A stretch of 64,000 nucleotides of DNA from Nitrospirota bacterium (GCA_963710375.1 CAVPZX010000001.1:76210-140209); one strand, 5' to 3'; shown: positions 42,770-52,017, counted from the first letter of the stretch. Program-made: numbers and translations. Notes: generated by a model not told the origin, from the letters alone.

Positions 42770-43411
42770 TTATTCGCGAGCCCTTATGCGGCTCATAAGG
42801 GACCGTCGCCGTTTATCGAAACCGTGATATCGTCCCTGCCTCAGGAGATAGATGAAATTGTCGTCAGTCACTTCATCGTCAAATTCGGTGTAACACGATC
42901 CCACCTCTCCCGGAGAATGAGCGTCGGACCCTCCAGTGTAGGGAAGGTTGCGTTTTTTTGCGACTTCCACAGCCCGCGCATTGAATGAGGGCATGTTGCA
43001 GCCATTGTATCCCTCCAGTGCGCAAATGCCCTGCACTGTGATAATCAGGTCTAACAGGCTGGTTCCCTTTCTGTACGGATGGGAGGGTATAACCACCCCC
43101 CCTGCTATATTCACAATTCGGCTCACCTCATCCACTGGCGTGTTTTTCGACAGCAGTCTGTCCGTGTCTGCCCCGAAGATCAGACAATGACCTTCAGCGG
43201 TTGAGTACTCTACACCCCTGAAAATACGCAGCGTGCCTTTGTACTTTTCCTTTAGCGCCTCGCTATGCCCGGAAGCGGCGTAGGAGTAATGTTCCGTAAA
43301 AGCGAGGCCGTCGAGTTTCAGCTCGATGGCCCGGAGTACCATCTCTTCGGGATCGGCATCGCTGTCCTGACTGTACGACGTATGTACATGCAGATCCACC
43401 CTGAATTTCAT
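42770..43411 (-). CDS. PHP domain phosphoesterase
   Basis: DLHVHT, TEH, GVE...GH, HP, GGSDAH. Confidence 0.9.
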   Translation of the reverse strand: MKFRVDLHVHTSYSQDSDADPEEMVLRAIELKLDGLAFTEHYSYAASGHSEALKEKYKGTLRIFRGVEYSTAEGHCLIFGADTDRLLSKNTPVDEVSRIVNIAGGVVIPSHPYRKGTSLLDLIITVQGICALEGYNGCNMPSFNARAVEVAKKRNLPYTGGSDAHSPGEVGSCYTEFDDEVTDDNFIYLLRQGRYHGFDKRRRSLMSRIRARE

Positions 43412-43603
43412 ATTAACACCTTTGAATCGTTTCTCCGTTCATTGACACAGGGCACCGCTTCTTAGCAATGCACGTCATTACCCCTGATGAGCATTGGCGA
43501 ATAGTCAAACCCAGGGCAACAATCATAATTTTAACACAGCAGAAGGCAGTAAGGGGCAATGTCAAACTGCATCATATCGAAAAACGGAACGTAAAAATTA
43601 TAT

Positions 43604-43632
43604 TTGACATGTACGTTAAGGTTAGTTATAAT
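43604..43632 (+). promoter_or_regulatory. Consensus sigma70 promoter overlapped by an imperfect palindrome
   Basis: TTGACA-N17-TATAAT; TTGACATGTACGTTAA dyad over the -35 box. Confidence 0.8.
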
Positions 43633-43706
43633 TTTATCTGGAAGTTGATTTTCCTCTGATTCGGGTTTTTTTAAATGAAAACATAGACAAAGTTAAGGAG
43701 TATCAT

Positions 43707-44870
43707 ATGGAAGACAAGATCCCTCGCTCGAAAGATGACTACACCACGGAGGCTATACATGCCCGCCAGGACTTTATCAAGGAAAAAACTGGCGTTGCCG
43801 TGAATCATGTCGGCCGTCATTCGTTTGATCCGTCTATGCTCAAGGGCAACATTGAAAGTTTCATCGGCGTGGCCCAGGTGCCGATCGGAATTGCCGGGCC
43901 TTTGCTGGTGAACGGTGAACATGCCAAGGGAGAATATTATGTGCCCATGGCAACCACCGAAGGCACCCTGGTGGCCAGCTATAACAGGGGCATGAAGCTC
44001 GTTCATTCCTGTGGAGGAGTAATGACCACTATAGTGGATGAGGCCATGCAGCGCGCCCCGGTATTTGTTTTCGACAACGCCAGAGAGGCCAGAAATTTTT
44101 GCATATGGCAGCACGATCATTACGCCGAGATCAAGGAGGTGGCCGATAAAACCTCATCTGTCGGCAGGCTTAAGAATATCGAACATTATGCGGCGGGAAA
44201 GCTTTTATTCCTGCGCTTCAATTATACCACCGGCGACGCCGCGGGCCAAAACATGGTGGGCAAGGCCACCTTTGCCGCCTGCGAATGGTTGAAGGTCAAT
44301 TACCCGGCCATCCGGCACTACAATCTCTCCGGCAATATAGATACGGACAAGAAGAGTTCCTTCATCAACAGCCTGCACACGCGCGGCAAGCGAGTCATCG
44401 CCGAGGCGGTCATTCCCGGCGATCTTGTTATGAATATCGCCAAAGTTCAGTCAGGCGATCTCCTAAGGCAGCGCAATATCAGCAATATCGGCACCATACT
44501 GGCCGGATCGAGCAATAACGGCATGCACTCTGCCAACGGGATCACGGCGATATTTATCGCCACCGGTCAGGATGCGGCTAATGTGGCCGAGTCATCGACG
44601 GCGCTGGTCTTTGCCGATCAGCTCCCCGACAACAGTTATTACTTTTCTATTACCATCCCATCCTTGATCGTGGGCACATATGGAGGGGGCACAGCTCTGG
44701 CTACACAACGCGAATGTCTGGAAATCATGGACTGCTACGGCACCGGCAAAGTTGGCAAACTGGCCGAGATTGTGGCGGCCACGGTACTTTGCGGCGAGCT
44801 TTCATTAGCAAGCGCCATTATGGCGAAGGAGTGGGTATCAAGTCATGAGAAGATGGGCCGAAACCGCTAG
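43707..44870 (+). CDS. Class I-type HMG-CoA reductase family protein
   Basis: GNIESFIG, PMATTEGTLVASYNRG, TGDAAGQNMV, DKK, GQDAANV, GTYGGGT, GELSL, catalytic His near the C-terminus. Confidence 0.9.
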   Translation: MEDKIPRSKDDYTTEAIHARQDFIKEKTGVAVNHVGRHSFDPSMLKGNIESFIGVAQVPIGIAGPLLVNGEHAKGEYYVPMATTEGTLVASYNRGMKLVHSCGGVMTTIVDEAMQRAPVFVFDNAREARNFCIWQHDHYAEIKEVADKTSSVGRLKNIEHYAAGKLLFLRFNYTTGDAAGQNMVGKATFAACEWLKVNYPAIRHYNLSGNIDTDKKSSFINSLHTRGKRVIAEAVIPGDLVMNIAKVQSGDLLRQRNISNIGTILAGSSNNGMHSANGITAIFIATGQDAANVAESSTALVFADQLPDNSYYFSITIPSLIVGTYGGGTALATQRECLEIMDCYGTGKVGKLAEIVAATVLCGELSLASAIMAKEWVSSHEKMGRNR

Positions 44871-44907
44871 TTCCAATTTGCGATCATAAACAAAAGGGTA
44901 TCGAAGA

Positions 44908-45678
44908 ATGGACATGCAATATCTTTTACTCGCAATACAAGACAAGGTCGCCACAGTCACCATTAACCGCCCCGATAAAGGCAATTCTCTCTCCCCAGAG
45001 GTGCTCGAGGAAATCGAGACCATGTTTACCGCGCTTTCCAGGCGTGAGGATATAAATGTCGTGGTCTTTACAGGAGGCGAAAAATACTTTTCAGCAGGAT
45101 TCGATCTGAATCGCATTCGCCAGCTTCAAAAGGGCTCCAACGAGGCATATATCACAATGTTCCATCGAACCTTCCGCTCGATCATGTTCTGCGAACAGCC
45201 GGTCATCTGCGCGGTCGGCGGCCCGGCCATCGCCGGCGGGTTCGACCTTACAATGATGTGCGACATACGCTATGCCTCTGAAAGGGCCAAGTTCGGCCAG
45301 CGCGAGGTTGAGCTGTCGCTCACCCCAACCATGGACCCTTTATGGCGCATCATCGGTTTGGGCAACGCCAAGGAGGTGGCCCTGACCGGAAGGATCTACG
45401 ACGCCCAGGAGGCCCTGCGCATGGGCTATGTTTCCAGGGTGTTCCCAGACGACAAACTCCTGGAAGAAGTAGGAGCCATAGCCCGCAAAATGGCCACTTA
45501 TGACCGGGGCTGCATGAAGGAAACCAAGCAACTTACCCATAACCTGCTGAACTCCGGCCTGGATCAATCCATGCGGCTGCAGGAATGGCTTTTCAGGAGC
45601 TATATCGGCTCTGATGACAATCATGAACGCATCGATGCCCTCCAGGCCAAACTGGCTCAGATGAGGAAGAACAAATAA
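44908..45678 (+). CDS. Enoyl-CoA hydratase/isomerase (crotonase) family
   Basis: INRPDKGN, FSAGFDL, AIAGGFDL, AKFGQRE, TGRIYDAQEA. Confidence 0.9.
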   Translation: MDMQYLLLAIQDKVATVTINRPDKGNSLSPEVLEEIETMFTALSRREDINVVVFTGGEKYFSAGFDLNRIRQLQKGSNEAYITMFHRTFRSIMFCEQPVICAVGGPAIAGGFDLTMMCDIRYASERAKFGQREVELSLTPTMDPLWRIIGLGNAKEVALTGRIYDAQEALRMGYVSRVFPDDKLLEEVGAIARKMATYDRGCMKETKQLTHNLLNSGLDQSMRLQEWLFRSYIGSDDNHERIDALQAKLAQMRKNK

Positions 45679-45699
45679 CCCTAAGAAAAGGAGATTATC

Positions 45700-47154
45700 A
45701 TGGGTAAACTCATGAACGCCAAGGAATATGAGGAAAGTTTGCGTAAGCTCAACCTCAAGGTCTACCTGTTCGGCAAGCGTATTACAAATGTCGTGGATGA
45801 TCCCATCATCCGACCGTCCATGAACGCAGTTGCAGCCACGTACGAATTCGCCCACAAACCGGAATACGAAGACATAATGACTGCGAAATCGCACCTTACC
45901 GGCAAGAAGATCAACCGTTTCACTCATATCCACCAGAGCGTGGATGACTTGGTGAAAAAGAGCAAGATGGGCCGTCTCTTGGGATCGCTTACGGCCTGCT
46001 GTTTTCAGCGCTGCGTAGGCATGGACGCCATGAACGCGCTTTCCATTACCACGCATGCCATTGACGCCAAACACGGCACGGACTACAACCAGCGGTTCTT
46101 GAAATTCCTCGCTTACGTGCAGGAAAACGACCTGGTCTGCGATGGCGCCATGACCGACCCCAAAGGCGACCGCGGCCTGCCGCCCCACAAACAGGCAGAC
46201 CCCGACATGTTTCTGCATGTCGTGAAGGAGCGGGCCGACGGCATCGTGGTCAGGGGTTCCAAGGCTCACCAGACCGGTGCGGTCAACTCGCATGAGATCA
46301 TAGTCATGCCCACTATGAGCATGCGCGAGGAAGATAAGGATTACGCCGTCGCCTTTGCAGTGCCCAGTGACACCGAGGGCATTACCTATATTCTGGGACG
46401 TCAATCCTGCGATACCCGCAAGCTCGAAGGCACGACCTTTGACCGCGGCAATATGTATTATGGCGGGCACGAGGCCCTGGTGGTTTTCGATCATGTCTTC
46501 GTCCCCTGGGAGCGTGTCTTTATGTACAAGGAGTATGACTTCTCCACCCAGCTCGTGGAAAGCTTTGGCGCCTATCACCGCCAGAGCTATGCCTGCAAGG
46601 TTGGCGTGGGTGATGTGCTCATCGGCGCGGCCCAGACCGTGGCCGAATATAACGGGGCGGAAAAAGCATCTCATATCAAAGATAAGATCGTGGAGATGAA
46701 CCACCTCAACGAGACCCTCTTCTGCGGCTGCATCGCCTGCGCGGCCGAAGGACACCGGGAAGCGAGCGGCACCTACCTCGTCGATGTGCTATTAGCCAAT
46801 GTGCACAAGCAGAACGTCACGCGCTTTCCCTATGAGATCGCCCGGCTGGCCCAGGATATCGCCGGAGGTTTGATGGTCACCCTGCCGTCCGAAGCGGATT
46901 TTAAGTCCCCCGAAATAGGCAAGTGGATCGAAAAATACTACAAGACCAAAGAGGGTGTCTGTACCGAGGACCGCATGCGTATCCTGAGGCTTATTGAAAA
47001 CATCACCATGGGTACGGCGGCCGTGGGCTATCTGACCGAGAGCATGCATGGAGCAGGTTCACCTCAGGCTCAACGCATTATGATCGGCCGGTTGATCGAC
47101 ATGAAACAAAAACAAAAGGCCGCCAAATTTCTCTGCGGCATCGATAAGGAGTAA
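45700..47154 (+). CDS. abfD: 4-hydroxybutyryl-CoA dehydratase
   Basis: CFQRCVGMD, GAMTDPKGDR, G.KAHQTG, YHRQSYACK (Fe-S ligands), ESMHGAGSPQAQRI. Confidence 0.9.
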   Translation: MGKLMNAKEYEESLRKLNLKVYLFGKRITNVVDDPIIRPSMNAVAATYEFAHKPEYEDIMTAKSHLTGKKINRFTHIHQSVDDLVKKSKMGRLLGSLTACCFQRCVGMDAMNALSITTHAIDAKHGTDYNQRFLKFLAYVQENDLVCDGAMTDPKGDRGLPPHKQADPDMFLHVVKERADGIVVRGSKAHQTGAVNSHEIIVMPTMSMREEDKDYAVAFAVPSDTEGITYILGRQSCDTRKLEGTTFDRGNMYYGGHEALVVFDHVFVPWERVFMYKEYDFSTQLVESFGAYHRQSYACKVGVGDVLIGAAQTVAEYNGAEKASHIKDKIVEMNHLNETLFCGCIACAAEGHREASGTYLVDVLLANVHKQNVTRFPYEIARLAQDIAGGLMVTLPSEADFKSPEIGKWIEKYYKTKEGVCTEDRMRILRLIENITMGTAAVGYLTESMHGAGSPQAQRIMIGRLIDMKQKQKAAKFLCGIDKE

Positions 47155-47237
47155 TCTGTTTGCATTAACACAGACTAAGTAGTCATTGTCGGCGGGGCGC
47201 CAAATTTTGGTTGCGTGGACAAGAAATTAATTATCTG

Positions 47238-47498
47238 TCATTTCATTCTTAATGGGAATCTTTCCGGGTGCTCAATTATCTCAACGGTAAGATCAATATC
47301 TAAATCCGGCCAGTAAAAATGCCCTTTATTCGGCTCTTCCACGTTTAAAATTTTCCCGACCGGGGCATCTTTGAACCACGGGAAATCTCCGTAGGACATA
47401 AACAACTCCTGGCCCCCAGCCAGAAGCCATACACCATTGGCGGAGATATTTGTAACTTCAACTGTCTCGATGTTCTTTCCAAGCGTTTTTGAACTCAT
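47238..47498 (-). CDS. DUF2442 family protein (putative TA component)
   Basis: FPWFKDA, YWPDLDIDL, PERFPL. Confidence 0.85.
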   Translation of the reverse strand: MSSKTLGKNIETVEVTNISANGVWLLAGGQELFMSYGDFPWFKDAPVGKILNVEEPNKGHFYWPDLDIDLTVEIIEHPERFPLRMK

Positions 47499-47697
47499 CG
47501 TAGTGCTCCTCAATAATATTTTCAACTTCCTTTAATTGGGCGCGTGATAGATTATAATTTCTTGCTATCTCTATCTCCGGCTCTAACCAAAACTTTGTTT
47601 CGCCATCAGCACATATAACATGAACGTGCATTCTCGTTTCCTCGCGGGAGAAGAAAAAGAAACGGTATCCCTTTTCTTTCAGAATCGTCGGGCTCAT
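47458..47697 (-). CDS. DUF4160 family protein (putative TA component)
   Basis: MSPTI...GYRFFFFSRE..RMHVHV...KFWL. Confidence 0.88.
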   Translation of the reverse strand: MSPTILKEKGYRFFFFSREETRMHVHVICADGETKFWLEPEIEIARNYNLSRAQLKEVENIIEEHYDEFKNAWKEHRDS

Positions 47698-47903
47698 ACA
47701 GTATTTGTTTATATTTTATAGCATAAAAAGTGTTTTGTGCATATTGTACACCTGTGAGCATTATAGCTCGATTTGGGTGAACATAGTCAATTAGCCTACT
47801 TGTGCTTGTCAACACACAGTGAATTATATAGCAAAAGTCCCGTAGTTGCGATTACAACATGGAATCGGTAAACTAATAGCTATCCGATATGGAGGTGTAA
47901 ATT

Positions 47904-48134
47904 ATGAATGCAGTAAAAGCTATTTACCATGACGGAATAATCGAACTGATTGAAAAGCCCTTAGTAGAAGGGACCGCAGAAGTTCTTGTCATATTCCCGG
48001 AGAAACAAAAAAAGGTTGTGAAAATCGGAGGACTTTTTAAAGGCCAGTCTATTGATTATGAAGGCATTGAAAACGATCTGAAACAACTTAACCATGCTTC
48101 GCAAAAACATTTATTGGACGAGGCCAACAATTAG
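47904..48134 (+). CDS. Putative antitoxin (AF2212/DUF104-like N-terminus)
   Basis: MNAVKAIYHDGIIELIE; lies directly upstream of a PIN-like gene start. Confidence 0.6.
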   Translation: MNAVKAIYHDGIIELIEKPLVEGTAEVLVIFPEKQKKVVKIGGLFKGQSIDYEGIENDLKQLNHASQKHLLDEANN

Positions 48135-48136
48135 GC

Positions 48137-48177
48137 ATGAACAAATATGTGATTGACACCCACAATTTAGTCACAGT
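48137..48177 (+). pseudogene. Truncated VapC/PIN toxin 5' remnant
   Basis: ATG AAC AAA TAT GTG ATT GAC ACC CAC (MNKYVIDTH, typical PIN start), broken at the 17-bp repeat 48161-48177. Confidence 0.6.
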
Positions 48178-48222
48178 GATTTTCCCTCTCGAATAGACCA
48201 GATTTCTGAAAAGCTTCCCGTA

Positions 48223-48603
48223 TCACTTATGTCCTAGGCGTTTAAAAACAATTTCCTGCTTTATGTAGTCCAGCACGGCTATGAAATTCATTTCTTCGGA
48301 ACTGGAAACGCCCCTTGATAGGTGTCTGTGGTGCGGGAAGTTTTCGAGGTTTTTATAATGCGGAGCAGTATCCCAGCGGACTATTAGTTTGTTCGAGGCA
48401 TCCATCCGGTGGAATCTGTAATCGTGTTCGTATGTTGACAATAGCTCTCTGAAATCCAGCGCAGAACCGTCTATGAAGGCTATCCTGCCTCTCAGCATGC
48501 CCATGTCGGCGGAGACCATTTCAAAGGTTGAAGTGTCGGCTTGAATAAGGGGAGAAATTTCTTTGAGCTTGTTGCGGACCTTGTTGAAGTAAGACTGTAT
48601 CAT
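48223..48603 (-). CDS. DUF6516 / TumE-like toxin
   Basis: F.DGS.L...E, Y.FH, RWDTAPHY...NFPHHRH. Confidence 0.8.
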   Translation of the reverse strand: MIQSYFNKVRNKLKEISPLIQADTSTFEMVSADMGMLRGRIAFIDGSALDFRELLSTYEHDYRFHRMDASNKLIVRWDTAPHYKNLENFPHHRHLSRGVSSSEEMNFIAVLDYIKQEIVFKRLGHK

Positions 48604-48875
48604 CAGACTATTGCAGCTATTTTATGCAACCTGTCTTTGACATGCTCACAAGCTTTAGATGCAAAGAGCCAATCAAACCATTCTCCGTCGTCTCCCAATA
48701 TGCCAGAGTTAAATTTCTTCAAGAACGCTTTGGTGGTCATCTTGTGTTTTTTTTCAAAGTCCTTCAGTTTCTTCCTGTATTCCAGAAGGCTGAGCTTCAT
48801 GATATTCCTGTCAAGCTCAAGACCCTCCTTCACAATCAATGCGTCGTCTTTGTCCATCTTTAATGTTGTCGCCAT
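48603..48875 (-). CDS. Cognate antitoxin (TumA-like)
   Basis: L..FEKKH.MTT..F..KF..G.LGD..EWFDW; TGATG overlap with the toxin gene. Confidence 0.75.
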   Translation of the reverse strand: MATTLKMDKDDALIVKEGLELDRNIMKLSLLEYRKKLKDFEKKHKMTTKAFLKKFNSGILGDDGEWFDWLFASKACEHVKDRLHKIAAIV

Positions 48876-49035
48876 AGTGAAACCTCCTCAGCTATTTTAG
48901 CATAACGGTGCTGTTTAGGAATTAAATCTAAGTACAACTGACACTGTTATTAGGGTAGAGGTCTCTCACATAAATGCAGTCGAAGAAACAGAGAAATCAA
49001 ACAAAAATGCAGTTGGCTGAAATTTAGGAAAAATC

Positions 49036-49080
49036 TGGTGCCCCCTAGAGGGATCGAACCTCTGGCCCCAGGTTTAGGAA
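49036..49080 (-). other. att site: 3' fragment of tRNA-Arg(CCT)
   Basis: Reverse complement TTCCTAAACCTGGGGCCAGAGGTTCGATCCCTCTAGGGGGCACCA contains the anticodon loop, T-arm, acceptor strand and CCA; the 5' half is absent. Confidence 0.88.
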
Positions 49081-49526
49081 GTCAAAACAATAGAAAAGGC
49101 CTCTACCTTGAAAACAAAGGCTTTAATGCCAAGTCAATGATTTTAAAGGCATTAAAGCCTTTCTGTATTTTCTGTCCTTTCCCTTATTTTCGGGCTATTC
49201 AGCAGAATTCTGTCACAATTTAGTCACAGTAAAAATGTTTAAAGCACAGTTGCTAATACATAATGAAAACGGTAGACTAAAAACAAAGCGATATTGAATG
49301 AGGATGTGCTGCGATTGACCCCTTTAAAACAGGGAGCGATTATGACTATCTCAAAATGACCGGACACTGCAAATATTAGTGATATAATGGAGCTTTATTT
49401 AGTTGATAAGGTGAAAAAAGGCGGGGAGGAGATAGACCGCAGTGAATCTGCCTCTGTTGACGACTTAAAAAGAGAAAGGCGGTCGTGGTAAAGTGGTCAA
49501 AATATTCCGGCATAGGGGATGAAGCG

Positions 49527-50477
49527 ATGGATGAAACTAGAACTTTAAAAGGTATATATCGCACTGGAACGCAACACACTTCCACAAACTGGGATCAATT
49601 ATGTGCCGATCATGAGGCAGAGTTTCCTTTAATTTATAAATGTGCTTTGGGAACTTTTAACGTCCTTATGACAGATTTGCCTGAATATATACCGCCCGGA
49701 GATGCAGAATGTCGCAAGAGAGCTATAAAACGAGGAGAATCCGTTAAGCGGTATGAACATGGAAATCACATTGCACCGCGCGCAAAAGTTATAAAAATTA
49801 ATGAAAAGTATGTGGAAGCATGGATTTACAGGGGCGGAAACCCTGTACCTAATACTTTGGAATTAATTTCATTCCATAAATTAGCGGAATATCTAAATGT
49901 GCAAAACGACGATAAGCTTACAGTTGTTATTGAGGAAGTTGACGAAGGAACGATCGGTATGCCAGAGGCACCCCCGGACAAACCCGGAAAGACAATAACA
50001 ACAAACTTTGATATAAGCATAATTGATACGCATGAGCAGCTGGATATAAACTCATGCATTCCATCTGCAGTGGAGATGATTTTAAAACTCCTGAAAGAAG
50101 TCCCAGCAGATTATTATGACTTACAAAAGGCATGGGAACCTGCACCTGGCGATAATTTTTCTAAATACGATGGCATAGTAATAGAGAATGTGAAATTTGA
50201 ACTTAAATTTAATCTAAGTAATCATCCCCGAGGCACTAGTTTCCCTTTGGATCGTCTTTTTAATACTATTGATGACGAGCTTCAGGCAGGCAGGTTTGTC
50301 GCCATTTCTTTAGAGGTAAAAGGAGGATGGCATAATTATATTATTTACAAGAAGAATGCTGATGGCGAATACTCAGCATGTACGAAATGCTACAGAGATA
50401 CTTGCTTCACTCACAATGTAAAGGCAAGGGTAGAAGCAATGGGCGGTACTGATATCTTGGTTTACACAGAATTATAA
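49527..50477 (+). CDS. Fusion of a CTP-dependent riboflavin kinase-like (DUF120) domain and a C39/papain-like peptidase domain
   Basis: LKG...TG, GTFNV, TLELISFHKLAEYLNVQNDDKLTV; Pro-rich linker; Q...SCIPSAVEMIL and GWHNYII. Confidence 0.6.
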   Translation: MDETRTLKGIYRTGTQHTSTNWDQLCADHEAEFPLIYKCALGTFNVLMTDLPEYIPPGDAECRKRAIKRGESVKRYEHGNHIAPRAKVIKINEKYVEAWIYRGGNPVPNTLELISFHKLAEYLNVQNDDKLTVVIEEVDEGTIGMPEAPPDKPGKTITTNFDISIIDTHEQLDINSCIPSAVEMILKLLKEVPADYYDLQKAWEPAPGDNFSKYDGIVIENVKFELKFNLSNHPRGTSFPLDRLFNTIDDELQAGRFVAISLEVKGGWHNYIIYKKNADGEYSACTKCYRDTCFTHNVKARVEAMGGTDILVYTEL

Positions 50478-50721
50478 GCATAGGCTTAAGCGGACGGTTC
50501 TATTTATTTGCAAGTGCACATATTGTAGAAGGAAAATTAATAAAATTGAACCGTTGTCCCCTTTATGCAGTTTTTAACATGAGAAAAGTGTAAAATATTT
50601 TACCGGGGCAGCAGGAGGCATTGGTCACTTCTTAGCGGCCTTATTTGTTTGTATGCCCTTTAATGGGTGACCCCACCATACCGAGTAGATCGTGATAATA
50701 CGTCGTTAAACGAGAGACACC

Positions 50722-51948
50722 ATGACAAATCGAAACGCACTCGAATGCAATGAATGTGGAACAAGAACTATTACAAGAACCGCCATTGGGCACGGAGATT
50801 ATCAGGAATTTGCCTTTCCTTGCCCAGGATGCGGCATTGAGATCAGATTTGGAATGAACCTGTATCCTCGTGAAGCCAATTGGGAATATGTCAAATTAAT
50901 TAACGCGAAGTGGGTTGACTCCGAAGAGGGTATCACAAATGAAATCAAACTAGATGGGGAGAGTCTTATTCCCGTTCATGACAGGGATTTCATAATGCCC
51001 TTCTTGAAGACAGTTTTTCTGGCTAAAGACGCAAATACATTTATGAGGCATCAGAGCCTCCGCCTCATGGCTACAAGCAACATTTGGCCGACTATTGAGA
51101 AGATTCTTCATTACCATGAAGATAGTAACCATGACCTTCTTGTGAAGTCTTTGAAGGAAACTGGTTACGAAGCTAGCCTTGATACTGAACGGGATTTTGC
51201 AGCCGCACTAATATGGATTTTTGACAAATATGGGGTATTCTTCCGGATGAGACATAATAGCGATGAACAGACCGTAAGGCAACGAATCAATCTTGCGGAA
51301 TCTATCGCAAGTAAAGGCGTAATGGACTTCTACATGTTGCTGAAGTCTTCCGGCAGACTCGATCAGTTGTTCCGGGAAGCGAATGCCATCAGGAAGACCT
51401 GGGCAAAGCTCTATTCCTTCCTTTTCCCTATTTTCAATATCTACTATTGGGACAGCACAAACCATAACCTAACCGACTACACCATGTGCCAGAAACGATT
51501 CCACGAAATAAAACACTTTTATGTGGACTGTTTCGAGACGTTCTGCCGATTTTCCAATCTTGCCGCTACCTTAGAAGGATTTATCTTTCTTGGGAGAATG
51601 GCCGTACCAAAAAAGACCGGTTCGATGACATTTGAAGAGTACGAGGCATTACCTAACGGATCAAAGCCTGACATACTTAAGAATTTTCCGGCGATCTCCG
51701 GGATATTTATTCCCTACATGGATTCAAAGCTTCGTAACGGTGTTGGTCATCATTCAGCTCGGTATATCGTCAAGTCCGATACGATTAAATACGTGAATCA
51801 CGGCAAGAAAGGGACTCAAGAATTTTCCATGCCTTACATCGTGTTCTGTGAAAAATTAGTACAGCTTTATGTGCAACTTGAAATAGTGTTTTTGTATTGG
51901 GCAGGTGCCTATGGTAGAAATCACGGGATTGTGGACAGAATCGTCTAA
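50722..51948 (+). CDS. Hypothetical protein with N-terminal Zn ribbon and C-terminal HEPN-like RxxxxH motif
   Basis: CNEC..CPGC; LRNGVGH. Confidence 0.65.
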   Translation: MTNRNALECNECGTRTITRTAIGHGDYQEFAFPCPGCGIEIRFGMNLYPREANWEYVKLINAKWVDSEEGITNEIKLDGESLIPVHDRDFIMPFLKTVFLAKDANTFMRHQSLRLMATSNIWPTIEKILHYHEDSNHDLLVKSLKETGYEASLDTERDFAAALIWIFDKYGVFFRMRHNSDEQTVRQRINLAESIASKGVMDFYMLLKSSGRLDQLFREANAIRKTWAKLYSFLFPIFNIYYWDSTNHNLTDYTMCQKRFHEIKHFYVDCFETFCRFSNLAATLEGFIFLGRMAVPKKTGSMTFEEYEALPNGSKPDILKNFPAISGIFIPYMDSKLRNGVGHHSARYIVKSDTIKYVNHGKKGTQEFSMPYIVFCEKLVQLYVQLEIVFLYWAGAYGRNHGIVDRIV

Positions 51949-52017
51949 CGAGCCGTTCCACCTGATCGCCCATATTACAAAGATGCGGCAGAATCAATTT
52001 CTACTGCAGCTGATGGA

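Noticed and set aside
43707..44870. Mevalonate pathway cluster feeding hopanoid synthesis
   Set aside because: No HMG-CoA synthase, mevalonate kinases or decarboxylase in the window; cannot be excluded genome-wide.
45340..46755. 471-aa minus-strand ORF
   Set aside because: Antisense shadow of the GC-rich abfD and crotonase genes; no recognisable motifs.
49036..49110. Intact tRNA-Arg
   Set aside because: The 5' acceptor strand, D-arm and 5' anticodon stem are missing, so it is only an att fragment. The 49038-49223 ORF over it is spurious.
50493..50562. Short imperfect inverted repeat ACGGTTCTATTTATT / AATAAAATTGAACCGT
   Set aside because: Possible REP-like relic, but too degenerate and with no associated transposase.
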